A DNA stretch of 64,000 nucleotides from Heterodontus francisci (lineage: Eukaryota). The translations under genes and the position numbers were made by a program. Each line of letters starts with the position of its first letter. Within the stretch, counting starts at the first letter, position 1. The notes beneath the pieces are model-generated. The model had not been told where the DNA came from. It made no database searches and worked only from the letters and a program-made list of their open reading frames with translations. This document shows positions 1 to 12,599 of this stretch, piece after piece. The DNA lies in NCBI RefSeq assembly GCF_036365525.1, contig NC_090413.1, positions 27,914,262 through 27,978,261 of the forward strand, in the 5' to 3' direction.

Positions 1-1185
1 AAAGGTTTTTTTTTACAACAATCCAGTAATTTCATGGTCACCATTACAGAGACTAGCTTTTTATTCCAGATTTATTTAATTAATTAGATTTGAATTCCCC
101 AGCTGCTGTGGCAGGATCCGAACTCACATTTCCAGATCATCAGTCCAGGCCTCTGAATTACTAGTCCAGTAACATAACCACTGTGCTACTGTACTCTCTT
201 TCCTCGCCTCCCCCCCATTGTTCTAGCAGACACAATATGAAACTGTCACTTATCCATCATGTTGTTGGGAAAGAGCATCAAGGGATATGGGGCTAAGACG
301 AGGAGATGGAGTTCAGGTTCAGATCAGCCATGATCTAGTTGAATGGTGGAACAGGTTCAAGGGGCTGAATGGCCTGCCCCTGTCCTATGGTACCGTGGCG
401 TCAGTGCTGGCCAGCATCTGTTTGCTTCATGCTGAAATCCACCTAACCTCAATCATCTTTCTCCAATCCCCCGAGCATCTCTGGTCAAGTTAGCAGATCA
501 GTAACCTGTTCCCAGAGACAGTGACAAGCCACATATGGGGCATCACTTCAGACAAGCGATCTCAAGTTGCTTTTCCTCAGCTTCTAAGAAATCTGTTTAT
601 TTCAGATTTCCTGTATTCACCCTTATCAGCTCAGTCCTTCCCGACTGTAACACTCAATCCCCATAGTGAAAGGCAGCTCACTAGAACACTACTTCATTGT
701 AGCCCAGGCTGGAAAAGGTGGTACTCAAATTCCCAGAACAGTCACCAGAAAGTTACATGGAACGTACAGAAACAGGCCATTCGGCCCACCTAGTCCATGC
801 TGGTGTTTATGCTCCACATGAGCCTCCTTCCACCCCTCTTCATCTCATCCGATCAGCATATCCTTCTATTGCTTTCTCCGTGTTTAGAAAGCACTCCTTT
901 AAATGCAAAGGAATAAATATCAATCCCCAAGTAAGATGACACAGTCCAGCAGTATTCAGTCTGTAGAGGAGGGAGGAAGCTAACATTGCCTGCCTGGGCA
1001 ACTCAACATGTCACAGCCAATAATACACCAATAACGTGCAAAGCGTTCTGCCTGCTAATCACTTCCCGATCATCCCCCCGCAGAGGCCTCCTGCAACGTG
1101 GCAGTTCATCTTCAGAGATTTCTCACTTCTTAGGTTGAAGCATCCTCTGAACTTTCAACTCGTACAGTGCGTTTGCGAGCCTCAC

Positions 1186-1356
1186 CTTCAGTGTACGGGC
1201 AGTGAACGGCTCCATCAGCCGCCTCATGTCTGTGATCAGCTGGTGCACATTCTGCCCCACTTGGCCTCGGTTGAAGACGAAGGAGTGAGGGACATTGGCA
1301 AACTCCTCCTGCGCAAGGTGAATCGCATTCGCACGAGCTTTTTTCTGATTCTTGGT
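1186..1356 (-). CDS. PPAN: PPAN coding exon 2 (start of Brix domain); gene continues beyond the left edge
   Basis: 171-nt exon between acceptor ...ccttttcag and donor gtgagg. It encodes TKNQKKARANAIHLAQEEFANVPHSFVFNRGQVGQNVHQLITDMRRLMEPFTARTLK, matching the SSF1/PPAN motif PHSFVF.RG...D.RR.MEP.TA..L. Confidence 0.93.
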
Positions 1357-1484
1357 CTGAAAAGGATTTGAACAAATTATCACACACAGAAATACGAATT
1401 ACAAAAATCCAACAATGGCTGGCATTACTTCACCAGCAACGCAGCACGACTGAGGAATTGGTATAGCTTCAACAGGGGGGACAG

Positions 1485-4400
1485 GTGGGGGGGGGGGGTG
1501 GGGTGGAAGGGAGGACGGGGGGGGGGGGGGGGTGGAAGGGAGGACGGGGGGGGGGGGGTGGAAGGGAGACGGGGGGGGGGTGGAAGGGAGGACGGGGGGG
1601 GGGGGGGTGGAAGGGAGGACGGGGGGGGGGGGGGGGGGGGTGGAAGGGAGGACGGGGGGGGGGGGGGGTGGAAGGGAGGACGGGGGGGGGGGGGGGGTGG
1701 AAGGGAGGACGGGGGGGGGGGGGGGGGGGGGTGGAAGGGAGGACGGGGGGGGGGGGTTTGGAAGGAGGACGGGGTGGAAGGGAGGACGGGGGGGGGTGGT
1801 GGAAGGGAGGACGGGGGGGGGGGGGTGGTGGAAGGGGTGACGGGGGGGGTGGTGGAAGGGAGGACGGGGGGGGGGGTGGAAGGGAGGACGGGGGGGGGGT
1901 GGAAGGGAGGACGGGGGGGGGGTGGAAGGGAGGACGGGGGGGGGGTGGAAGGGAGGACGGGGGGGGGGGGTGGAAGGGAGGACGGGGGGGGGGGTGGAAG
2001 GGAGGACGGGGGGGGGGGTGGAAGGGAGGACGGGGGGGGGGGTGGAAGGAGGACGGGGGGGGGTGGAAGGGAGGACGGGGGGGGGGGTGGAAGGGAGGAC
2101 GGGGGGGGGGGTGGAAGGGAGGACGGGGGGGGGGGTGGAAGGGAGGACGGGGGGGGGGGTGGAAAGGAGGACGGGGGGGGGTGGAAGGGAGGACGGGGGG
2201 GGGGGGGTGGAAGGGAGGACGGGGGGGGGGGGGTGGAAGGGAGGACGGGGGGGGGGGGGTGGAAGGGAGGACGGGGGGGGGGTGGAAGGGAGGACGGGGG
2301 GGGGGTGGAAGGGAGGACGGGGGGGGGGGTGGAAGGGAGGACGGGGGGGGGGGGGGTGGAAGGGAGGACGGGGGGGGGGGGGGTGGAAGGGAGGACGGGG
2401 GGGGGGGGGGGTGGAAGGGAGGACGGGGGGGGGGGGGGTGGAAGGGAGGACGGGGGGGGGGGGGTGGAAGGGAGGACGGGGGGTGGAAGGGAGGACGGGG
2501 GGGGGGGGGGGGGGGGGTGGAAGGGAGGACGGGGGGGGGGGGGGGGGTGGAAGGGAGGACGGGGGGGGGGGGGGGTGGAAGGGAGGACGGGGGGGGGGGG
2601 TGGAAGGGAGGACGGGGGGGGGTGGAAGGGAGGACGGGGGGGGGGTGGAAGGGAGGACGGGGGGGGGGTGGAAGGGAGGACGGGGGGGGGTGGAAGGGAG
2701 GACGGGGGGGGTGGAAGGGAGGACGGGGGGGGGTGGAAGGGAGGACGGGGGGGGGGGTGGAAGGGAGGACGGGGGGGGGGTGGAAGGGAGGACGGGGGGG
2801 GGGTGGAAGGGAGGACGGGGGGGGGGGGGGTGGAAGGGAGGACGGGGGGGGGGGGTGGAAGGGAGGACGGGGGGGGTGGTGGAAGGGAGGACGGGGGGGG
2901 GGGTGGAAGGGAGGACGGGGGGGGGGGGTGGAAGGGAGGACGGGGGGGGGTGGAAGGGAGGACGGGGGGGGGGTGGAAGGGAGGACGGGGGGGGGGTGGA
3001 AGGGAGGACGGGGGGGGGGGGGTGGAAGGGAGGACGGGGGGGGGGGGGTGAAGGGAGGACGGGGGGGGGGGGGGGGTGGAAGGGAGGACGGGGGGGGGGG
3101 GGTGGAAGGGAGGACGGGGGGGGGGGGGGGGGTGGAAGGTGAGGACGGGGGGGGGGGGGGGTGGAAGGGAGGACGGGGGGGGGGGGGGGGTGGAAGGGAG
3201 GACGGGGGGGGGGGGGGGTGGAAGGGAGGACGGGGGGGGGGGGGGGGTGAAGGGAGGACGGGGGGGGGGGGGGTGGAAGGGAGGACGGGGGGGGGGGGTG
3301 GAAGGGAGGACGGGGGGGGGGGGTGGAAGGGAGGACGGGGGGGGGGGGTGGAAGGGAGGACGGGGGGGGGGGGGTGGAAGGGAGGACGGGGGGGGGGGGG
3401 GGTGGAAGGGAGGACGGGGGGGGGGGGGTGGAAGGGAGGACGGGGGGGGGGGGGTGGAAGGGAGGACGGGGGGGGTGGAAGGGAGGACGGGGGGGGGGTG
3501 GAAGGGAGGACGGGGGGGGGGTGGAAGGGAGGACGGGGGGGGGGGGTGGGAAGGGAGGACGGGGGGGGGGGTGGAAGGGAGGACGGGTGGGGGGGGTGGA
3601 AGGGAGGACGGGGGGGGGGGGTGGAAGGGAGGACGGGGGGGGGGTGGAAGGGAGGACGGGGGGGGGGAGGTGGAAGGGAGGACGGGGGGGGGGGTGGAAG
3701 GGAGGACGGGGGGGGGGGTGGAAGGGAGGACGGGGGGGGGGGGGTGGAAGGGAGGACGGGGGGGGGGGGGTGGAAGGGAGGACGGGGGGGGGGGGGTGGA
3801 AGGGAGGACGGGGGGGGGGTGGAAGGGAGGACGGGGGGGGGGGGGAAGGGAGGACGGGGGGGGGGGTGGAAGGGAGGACGGGGGGGGGGGTGGAAGGGAG
3901 GACGGGGGGGGGGTGGAAGGGAGGACGGGGGGGGGGGGTGGAAGGGAGGACGGGGGGGGGGGGTGGAAGGGAGGACGGGGGGGGGGGTGGAAGGGAGGAC
4001 GGGGGGGGGTGGAAGGGAGGACGGGGGGGGGGGTGGAAGGGAGGACGGGGGGGGGGTGGAAGGGAGGACGGGGGGGGGGGGTGGAAGGGAGGACGGGGGG
4101 GGGGGGGTGGAAGGAGGACGGGGGGGGGGTGGAAGGGAGGACGGGGGGGGGGGGGGTGGAAGGGAGGACGGGGGGGGGGTGGAAGGGAGGACGGGGGGGG
4201 GGGGGGTGGAAGGGAGGACGGGGGGGGGGGGGTGGAAGGGAGGACGGGGGGGGGGGGGGGTGGAAGGGAGGACGGGGGGGGGGTGGAAGGGAGGACGGGG
4301 GGGGGGTGGAAGGGAGGACGGGGGGGGGGTGGAAGGGAGGACGGGGGGGGGGTGGAAGGGAGGACGGGGGGGGGGTGGAAGGGAGGACGGGGGGGGGGGT

Positions 4401-4895
4401 GGAAGGGAGGACGGGGGGGGGTGGAAGGAGGACGGGGGGGTGGAAGGGAGGACGGGGGGGGGGTGGAAGGGAGACGGGGGGGGGGGTGGAAGGAGGACGG
4501 GGGGGGGGGTGGAAGGGAGGACGGGGGGGGGGGGTGGAAGGGAGGACGGGGGGGGGGTGGAAGGGAGGACGGGGGGGGGGGGGGTGGAAGGGAGGACGGG
4601 GGGGGGGGGGTGGAAGGGAGGACGGGGGGGGGTGGAAGGGAGGACGGGGGGGGGGGGGGGTGGAAGGGAGGACGGGGGGGGGGGGGTGGAAGGGAGGACG
4701 GGGGGGGGGGGGGGGTGGAAGGGAGGACGGGGGGGGGGGGTGGAAGGAGGACGGGGGGGGGTGGAAGGGAGGACGGGGGGGGGGTGGAAGGAGGACGGGG
4801 GGGGGTGGAAGGGAGGACGGGGGGGGGGTGGAAGGGAGGACGGGGGGGGGGTGGAAGGGAGGACGGGGGGGGTGGAAGGGAGGACGGGGGGGAAG
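1485..4895 (+). repeat. G-rich minisatellite, unit TGGAAGGGAGGAC+G(n), roughly 140 copies, filling PPAN intron 1
   Basis: Direct reading: near-invariant 13-nt core separated by poly-G runs of variable length (about 7-20). Confidence 0.97.
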
Positions 4896-4977
4896 GAGCG
4901 GTTGAAGCGACCGTTTTCCCAACAGGCAGCAACTACGGGAAACAAAAATATTAAAATTTAAACCAGGCCCCACTCAC

Positions 4978-4995
4978 CCGCGCCGGTCTCCCCAT
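4978..4995 (-). CDS. PPAN: PPAN (Peter Pan/SSF1, Brix-domain ribosome biogenesis factor) coding exon 1, MGRPAR
   Basis: ATG GGG AGA CCG GCG CGG followed by donor GTGAGTG, in a CpG-rich segment. It splices in phase 0 to the exon at 1186-1356. Human PPAN begins similarly (MGQSGR, recalled). Confidence 0.85.
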
Positions 4996-5210
4996 CCTGT
5001 GTCCTCGGGCGGCTGCCGGGTCTCTGTGTCTCTCACTCCCGCTCCACCGGCGCCGCCATTAACACCCAGGTTAACCACGTGTTTCCGGGTGCACCCACCC
5101 CGCGCTCCGATCAAACCCCCGGCCCCCGCACGGCGTTCCGGTCTATACCGGAACCACAAAGCTCGGGGGAGCCCTTAGCAACAGCACCAACCCTGAAGCG
5201 GATCAGAAAG
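4996..5210 (-). promoter_or_regulatory. CpG-rich 5'UTR/promoter of PPAN
   Basis: Local CpG enrichment just upstream of the ATG. Contains an E-box CACGTG (5076-5081), ETS-like CCGGAA/TTCCGG and YY1-like GCCGCCATT. Confidence 0.6.
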
Positions 5211-5899
5211 GTAATTAAAAAGATCAGAGTCTTGGATCAAAATAGGTTCCTTTCTCCATCCGCCCCTTTTAAACAGGTAAACAGTTTCCCTGCTCAAAAT
5301 GATCAGAAATTGGCATGTTTGCCATCTTATTCCAGCAGATTCTCTAATGTTTCCATAGCAACAGCTTCTGCATCTTTGTGTTTCAGCCACAAAACAAATG
5401 ACCGGATGGTAAATGAAATAACATCCAGCTGGGAGGCCAGACAGATTCTCTGGCACAAATGTGAAGGACTCAAACTCCTGGAACAAGCTACAGGATTATT
5501 ATAAATGCAAAATACTGCAGATGCTGAAAATCAAATAAAAACAAGAAATGCTGGAAATACTCAGTAGGTCTGGCAGTAACTGTGGAGAGAGAAGCAGAGT
5601 TAATGTTTCAGCTCAGTGACCTTTCATCAGAACTCAGTTGACCTGCTGAGTATTTCCAGCACTTTCTGTTTTTATTACAGGATTATTATTCCAGATCCAT
5701 TAATGAGAAGGCCAGGCAGTCACAGTTCCATTGTTCCAGTCATAATTTGTTTGCATTCCTATAGCATCCTCCAGCAGCTTAGGACGTCCCAATGTGTTTC
5801 ACAGCCAATGGAGTGTATTCACGGTTGTAATGTCGGAAACACAGCAGCACAGTACGATCCCACAAACTGCTGCGTATTGACAACCAGATATTCAGTTTT

Positions 5900-6075
5900 A
5901 ATAAAAGCAAAATACTGCGGATGCTGGAAATCTGAAACAAAAACAAGAAATGCTGGATTCACTCAGCAGGTCTGGCAGCATCAGTGACCCGAAACGTTAA
6001 CTCTGCTTCTCTTTCCACAGATGCTGCCAGACCTGCTGAGTGAATCCAGCATTTCTTGTTTTTGTTTCAGATTTA
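5900..6075. mobile_element. Palindromic Penelope-like short element; related copies at about 5505-5680, 10180-10352, 32612-32670 and 51370-51480
   Basis: Long inverted arms ATCTGAAACAAAAACAAGAAATGCTGGATTCACTCAGCAGGTCTGGCAGCATC and its reverse complement around GACCCGAAACGTTAAC. Confidence 0.65.
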
Positions 6076-6645
6076 ATAATGCTGGTTGAGAGATAAATGT
6101 TAGCCAGAACACTCCAGTCTCCAGCTATGCTATCTTAAAGGTTTTAAGAATCTTATGTCTCTCTTCCCCCCCCCCCCCACAGAGGAGCGGCATTAGTTGT
6201 TCATTTGACAACAGTGTGGTATTCAGTTCTTGTCTTTCCCTGATCGCAGCATTGACTCACACTATATGGGCTTACTCGAAGAGGAATTGTATCTAACTCA
6301 GTTTCCCCTCTGTAGTCCAGGCCCATTGAGGATAACTGTAGTAGGCCAATTGCTAATGTAGCACAGAGAGGAGATTCAATTGTAGGCTGGTCTGTATGGT
6401 ACAGCAGGTGGTGAGTTTACCCACTGAAGCAGGACAAAGCAACAAAACAAAGAGCATTTTGCCAGGGGAGAAAATATTACAGAGCCAAGTGCAGGGTTAC
6501 AGCAAATTTTTCTTAAAATAAAACACCAAAGGGCAGATGAACATAAATATACATTAGAAATAAGTGAATACGCACTGCCAAGTTCTTTAAAACACGCAGT
6601 AGGCTCAAGGTTAAGGAATCAATTGTATTAAAATATAATTCCATC

Positions 6646-6651
6646 TTTATT
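6646..6651 (-). terminator. Candidate polyadenylation signal (AATAAA) of the RalGPS-like gene
   Basis: AATAAA on the minus strand in AT-rich context about 2.2 kb past the stop; unverified. Confidence 0.3.
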
Positions 6652-8815
6652 ATACATGTAAAACCTAAACAGAAAAACCCTTCAGAACATGTTCAGCATC
6701 ACCTCTGACAGACACTACACTGCAGCATGTGCTTAAAACACTAACTGCACTACGGTGCAATAAATATCCACGTACCCCTCAGATCATTTGGGCCTGTCTA
6801 ATCTGGAGAATACAGCCTGGGACTCTCATGCCATCCTCACCCTCAGTTGCCCTTAGCAGACCCACTGCTCATGTGTCCACGGGACTATATTCACTAGATC
6901 ACAGGCTCTGGATGTTACTGAAATCAGTTTAATATCTACATATTTAATTTGTGTTTTCTGTTCAATTGTCTTATCTTTGCATGAATGATCCTTAAGCAAG
7001 TCATAGGCCCTCAGAAAGGAGTCGGGGGCTTCCTTTCACAATTACCACACAGGCACATATTGCTGCCAGGTCACATGGATTCAGGCTCTAATTGTGTGCT
7101 AGTTCAATGATGTGGAAGTTAAGGGGAGAGGTGGGTAGTGAAAGGAGCAAGGGGATTAAGAAAGGATGGTACTGGTTATCCAGGAGCATCTCCCTGAGCT
7201 GCTTCTCCAGTTGAGAGGGTGAGTGAACTAAATTAAACAGTGCAGTGATGGAGACTGGAGGTCAAACCTAAACAGAGCATTGCAATCAGCAGGCAATGAG
7301 AGAAGTCACCCATCTAAGAAGGACCCAATTGTTTTGAAACATGAGGTGGGGTGGAAGGGGCAAGAGGCAGATACTTTGCTCAATGTGTTACACACAGTGC
7401 AATGGATACTATTGGAAAGCAACATAAAAAGAACAGGCCCAATGACTTGATATTGGTGCATTGTTTTTCCATTTAATCCTTAACTACAAAGCAAGCCAGT
7501 GAACAATGGACAGGAGGAAGACACAAGGCAGAAAGTTTTTTTTTTTTTTTTTTAGGACAAACATGGTTTTTCACTCAAAGCTGATATGAAGAAGATGGAT
7601 TCTGTCAATTGAGTTGCTTTCCAATGGGCGTGGGAAGGGAGTGCATTGTGAGGATGGACATGCCAGGTGATCAGTGGCGGCAGGGTTGGGGCTGGGAGGT
7701 TAGAGACAAGAAGTCATGTGGTGAAATCTCCAGGAAAACATCCAGCCAGAGTTGGCAACCAGAACTGAAACGTGTGAGCAGAGAAAAACATACAGCACAA
7801 CAACACTACTTTCCCAGGCGTCACATTGATGCCACAATAGGAAGAGGTCACGCGGATTCATTCATACCCGTGAAGTCTCTCGATGCCCTTCGGGAAGGTG
7901 ACTACCAGCTGATCAAACAGCGCCTCATTATCACAATGAGCTCGGAGTAGCCAAGCTGGAATTCACGTTCAGTGGTCTGTGGCTGTTTATTCAGCCATAA
8001 CATCCCAGTCGGAGGTTCGAGTCTCGGGGCCATGGGTAACTGGAGTTTCTTCCACAAGACTGCAGATTCTAGTTTGGGGTTTCTGCTCAGTTTCTCCCCA
8101 GAGTTTGAATGAATGGGATTATCGCAGGCTGGTGCAGCGCCCTCAGATGCCAGCTGACTGATCAGCTGTGGGCAAAAACCTGGAGGTAGTGCAACAGGTG
8201 GACAGAGTGAGTGCTGTTCATTCTTAAAATCGGTGCATTCAAATGGGATATTCAGCAACTTCAACGTCAGAATTACAAGCTTCACGATTCACTCCAATCC
8301 CGTTTCTCTGGTTAGAAACCCATTTCTTTTAAAAAGGGGCATATCTCCATGAGAAAAAGTATCAATGGTTTTTGTTTTGGAGAATCAGAGTCGTTTCTAC
8401 AGACATGTTTTGTGCAAGTGATGCGTTTTCATCCTCCAAACGCTCTCCAGAAAAATTCCACACAAGATAGTGACGATTTCCTCCATTGAAAGAGAAAGTC
8501 AAACATCTGCATCACAATCTAATTGCCTAGTATTTAGTTGCAGTGAGATTATCTTAGTCATTAGCCTTCTGTTTGCTCTCTCTCTGTTGTGTTGGACAAT
8601 TGCCAGTTTAAAGGCTCTGTTTAACTCACTCCTCAAAGCTCTGCTGGTCTTGGGAAGTCTCTGGAACTGCTCGACAATGGGAGGAGCTCCATGGCAGCAG
8701 CTGATAAACTGATGGTAGATCCAGCACATTCACACACCAGTCTGTCCCTATTTTTAAAAAAAAACTTATAAATAACACCATGGTTTCCACATCTTCCTCC
8801 AATGGTCTTCCTTGC

Positions 8816-8845
8816 TCATTCAAAAGACATCAGGTTCAGAGGAGG
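8816..8845 (-). CDS. RALGPS-like: RalGPS-like last coding exon: PPLNLMSFE*
   Basis: tttttgttgcag acceptor, TGA at 8816-8818; NLMSFE is the RalGPS C-terminus. Confidence 0.88.
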   Translation of the reverse strand, partial: PPLNLMSFE

Positions 8846-9539
8846 CTGCAACAAAAATGAAATCAGTTCAGATCACAAGCCATGTTTCGAGGTGAACACC
8901 AGATCAACAATGGAAAGAAATCAGAGGGGCCGGCGCTAAGGGAGTGGTGCACTGCTGGAGGAGACATTAAACAGAGGCCCCGTCTGCTCTCTCAGGTGGG
9001 TGTAAAAGATTGTTTCGAAGAGCAGGCGAGTTCTCCTGGGGCCAGTATTTATCCCTCAACCAACAATCACAAAACACAAATTACCCAGTGATTTATCACA
9101 CTGCTGTTGCATCTTGTGGTGCATAAATTGGCCTCTGGGTTTCCTATATGACAGTGACTACACTTCAAAGATACTTCATTGGCTGTAAAATACTTTGAGG
9201 TCCTCAGGTTGTGAAAGGCGCTACAAAAATGTAAAATTTTCTTTCTCAGTCACCATCACTCAGTTGAGCAGAGTGGTGAAGAGATCCTGTCACTCAGAGA
9301 GCATCAAGGTCGACAAGACGACAGATAAGGGGAAGATGGGTGGCTTGCAATCCCCATCTCATTATCTCTTCGCCTGTGGGCCACTCCACAGTCCAGGGGC
9401 AGCAGCCTCAAGGGAGAGGAGCTGGAAATACCCCCTGACCACAGAGAACCCAAATACCTGATTAACAAAACAAATTAGTTCAGAGATACATGTATTTGCC
9501 TTCATGATCAGGTAGTCCCTAAGATCAGATAGTGCTTAC

Positions 9540-9631
9540 CTGGTTGCTGTTACTGTTGCAAGCCCTGTTAAGGTGTTTGAACCACTGCACTGCATTCAGT
9601 CTGCTCCCTGCATGAAACCTATAGCAATTCC
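9540..9631 (-). CDS. RALGPS-like: RalGPS-like exon (PH end): NCYRFHAGSRLNAVQWFKHLNRACNSNSNQ
   Basis: 92 nt, phase 1/0; PH C-terminal helix Trp (W.KHL..AC). Confidence 0.91.
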
Positions 9632-10972
9632 CTGCTTTGAAAAGAGAGAGAGACTCAAGGCAAGTTTACAGCATGACAACAAAGCACAATGAGAAAGGAC
9701 AGTGCCCAGAACCTCAAACAATGTGAAACCTCAAATTAAATAACAGGGAGCAAGGCAAAACTAAAGTATATTCCTGCAGAGTTTTAACACTGCACTGTAA
9801 ATGTGACTTGGATTTATGTCTGTGATACTCGACACAACGAGTGCCCAATCTCAGCCTGGTCCCAGAGGTGAAAATGCAAAGTGGCAGGGATGTAGCCACA
9901 GATAACTAGAGGTGGGGGAAGTGGTGGGGAGGGTGGGAATAACCAATGGCAAACATGGAATGGTGGGCAAGTCAACAACCTTCATTTCCTCCCGACAGGT
10001 ACCAGTTGCACTTACACAAAGTAACAGTCATTTCTCCACAGGAGAATAAAATGGAGAAGGAACATATACAGGTTCTGTGGGTAAGTGCACTGGTGAGGGG
10101 TGGAGTGGGGGAGGGAAAGAGGGGCAGAGAGTGAAGAAAATAATTGGACAGGAACATTTACAAAAAGTGCTATAATACGAACAAAAACTGCTGGAAATAC
10201 TCAGCAGGTCTGGCAGAACTGATGAAGGGTCACTGACCTGAAACGTTAACTCTGTTTCTCTCTCCACAGGCACTGCCAGACCTGTTAAGTATTTCCGGCA
10301 TTTTTTGTTTTTATTTGCGATTTCCAGCATCTGCAGTATTTTGCTTTTATTTGCAAAGTGCTAATTGTTCTGTAGCAGTGGAGATGTTCATTAACTTTTA
10401 CTCAGTCCTTGCTCTTTTTCATCAGGAATTCTTCACAATTTACTGAAGCCAATATCAAAGCGAGAGAGAGCGAGGGAGGTGGGGGGGGGGCAGGGAGGGA
10501 GCGAGAGAGGTGGGGGGAGGGAGGGCACAGAGAGAGAGAGTGTCCTGACCCTGGTAAACACAGAAATGTACAGGACTGGAAGAGACCACAAGGGTCCAGC
10601 TGACCACTGCCATTGACTTGGGCCAAAGTCAGTCTTCCCTTGTCCCTGCTCCACTCGAAATCAGCCTTCGACTAGCTTCTAGAGACAGACAGACAGACAG
10701 ACAGACTTGTGCCATTGGATATCCAACATGCTCATGGATAAAGGGCTATTTTGCAGATTGTGTCCAGTTCTCCTCTGGAGGCATTTCACGTGCTTTAACT
10801 AGCACCAAATATAAAAACAAAATTTCTTAACCAGTCCCATCGAGAGAAGTGATCGCTCAATACTTTGCAAACAAAATTCTCTTTATGCCCCCTCAAATGA
10901 CAATGTGGAGCAACCTCATGTTTTTAAAATAGAAAGTGATTCCCAAGAGATAAAAAGCAATGTTGAACTCAC

Positions 10973-11075
10973 TGTGTTCAGAGTCTGAGAGCTGAAACAT
11001 GTCCATATCTGAATCAGTCATCAGCAGAGGCATCCAACCCACAACTGACACTCTCTTACACCAGCTCGACTTAAA
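10973..11075 (-). CDS. RALGPS-like: RalGPS-like exon (PH): FKSSWCKRVSVVGWMPLLMTDSDMDMFQLSDSEH(R)
   Basis: 103 nt, phase 0/1, gtgagt donor; VS.VGWM and D.FQL motifs. Confidence 0.9.
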
Positions 11076-11756
11076 CTGCTCAAAAAATAATTCATAAATT
11101 CAACAATTGGAGAAAAAAAAAAACTGAAGCAGTTTATGATTGTTTACCACAGATTCAGTTAATTGGAAATATAGTGAACTCAGCAGTTTGAATTCTAACC
11201 TCAAATGGCACTGTGTCCCCCTCAAAAGGGTGGATGGACAATATGAGGGGGCAACGGGACTAGTACAATTTCTCTGAATTACTCCCCTTTTGGGCACTGC
11301 AGTCTATTTCCTCTGATTGGGAAATCAAGGGCACAATCTTAAAATTAGAGCTCGGCTGTTCGGGGGGGAAATTAGGAAAAACGTCCACATAAAGGGTAGT
11401 GGGAATCTGGAATTCTCCCTCTCAAAGTTGTGGATTCTGGCGACAGAAACTTTCAAGGCTGTGATAGATTTTGTTGGGTAAGGGCATTCAGAAAAATGAA
11501 GCAAAAGGTGGGTAAAATGGAGTGGAGGTGAATGGTAGAACAGGCCCGAGGGGCTGAAGGGCCTCCTCCTGGTCCACGTACCCTATATGACACTTGAGAG
11601 AAGCCTTGCATAGTAGGCCTTAGGAACCTCACCAGCTCAATAATTCCAATTCAACATCCCAATCCAAATGTCTGCGATTTGTCAGTCTGACAAGATGTAA
11701 TTATTCAGGGAAGGAATGCAAACTCTTCTCATAAACCACAGTCCAACAACACTGAC

Positions 11757-11849
11757 CTGTTTTCTTTCAGTCGATTTCATCGATTTGGCTCCATAGTAAA
11801 CCAGCTGACTATCGCAGAGCGCAATCCAATACGTCGTCCATAGTGACAC
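11757..11849 (-). CDS. RALGPS-like: RalGPS-like exon (PH): VSLWTTYWIALCDSQLVYYGAKSMKSTERKQ
   Basis: 93 nt, phase 0/0; W..YW..L....L.YY.AKS motif. Confidence 0.92.
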
Positions 11850-12599
11850 CTGAGTTAAGACAGGACAGTCCCCAGTTTAGAGATTCCCCATCCACATTTA
11901 CTGACTCCGTGCTACACTCAGCTCCACAATCTCTCCCCGGTCTCCTGGCCAATATTTATCCCTCAATCAATACCATTAAAACAGATCTGATCATCATCAC
12001 ATTGCCGTTTGTGGGAGCTTGCTGTGCACAAATTGACTGCTGCGTTTCCTACATGACAAAAGAGACTACTTCTCTTCTTAGGCCGTCCCTCGGGACAGAG
12101 GACGATTTGCTTCCGCTCTAGATCAGTGAGTTTGAACAACGTGTTCGACGCCCAAACCGCAGACCCTCCCACATGTGGGCCATGTGGTGTTTGAAGAGTT
12201 GAATAGGTTGGATAGTGTAGAGGGTATTTCATTGTCGTGAAGCACTTGGGGACATCCCGAAGCTGGGAAAAGGTGCTACAGAAATGGAAATCCTTTTGCT
12301 GTTTCCTTATCTCTCTTTTGCCTCAGGAGGTGGCAGGTCAACAGGAGGTCAGTGAGGTTTAGTGTTTTAGCCATTCACCTCCTGTTGATGCTCATTGTAA
12401 AAAGGTTACAGTCCCAGCACAAAATAGATTAGAAAATAGTAAATTAGCAAATTAACTGTGTGTGGGGAGGAACAAAAAATAAAAACCGCTAACATAGAAA
12501 CAGCTCAGTTACACAACTTGTAACTGATAGACCCTTCCTCACCCCAATAGCATCATTTCACTGAACACCAACATGACAGTGTGTAAACTGCTCCCTTAC

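Noticed and set aside
1-1185. Intronic C/D snoRNA (SNORD105 family is hosted by human PPAN)
   Set aside because: No convincing box C/D pair or guide sequence found by eye; it may lie in introns outside the window.
1399-4973. Very long Pro-rich/Gly-rich ORFs (extensin-like) in several frames
   Set aside because: Artefact of a stop-free G/C minisatellite inside PPAN intron 1; open on both strands.
7609-7950. 113-aa plus-strand ORF with a protein-like C-terminus
   Set aside because: It starts in a repeat at a non-ATG codon, has no recognisable domain, and is antisense to the probable RalGPS 3'UTR.
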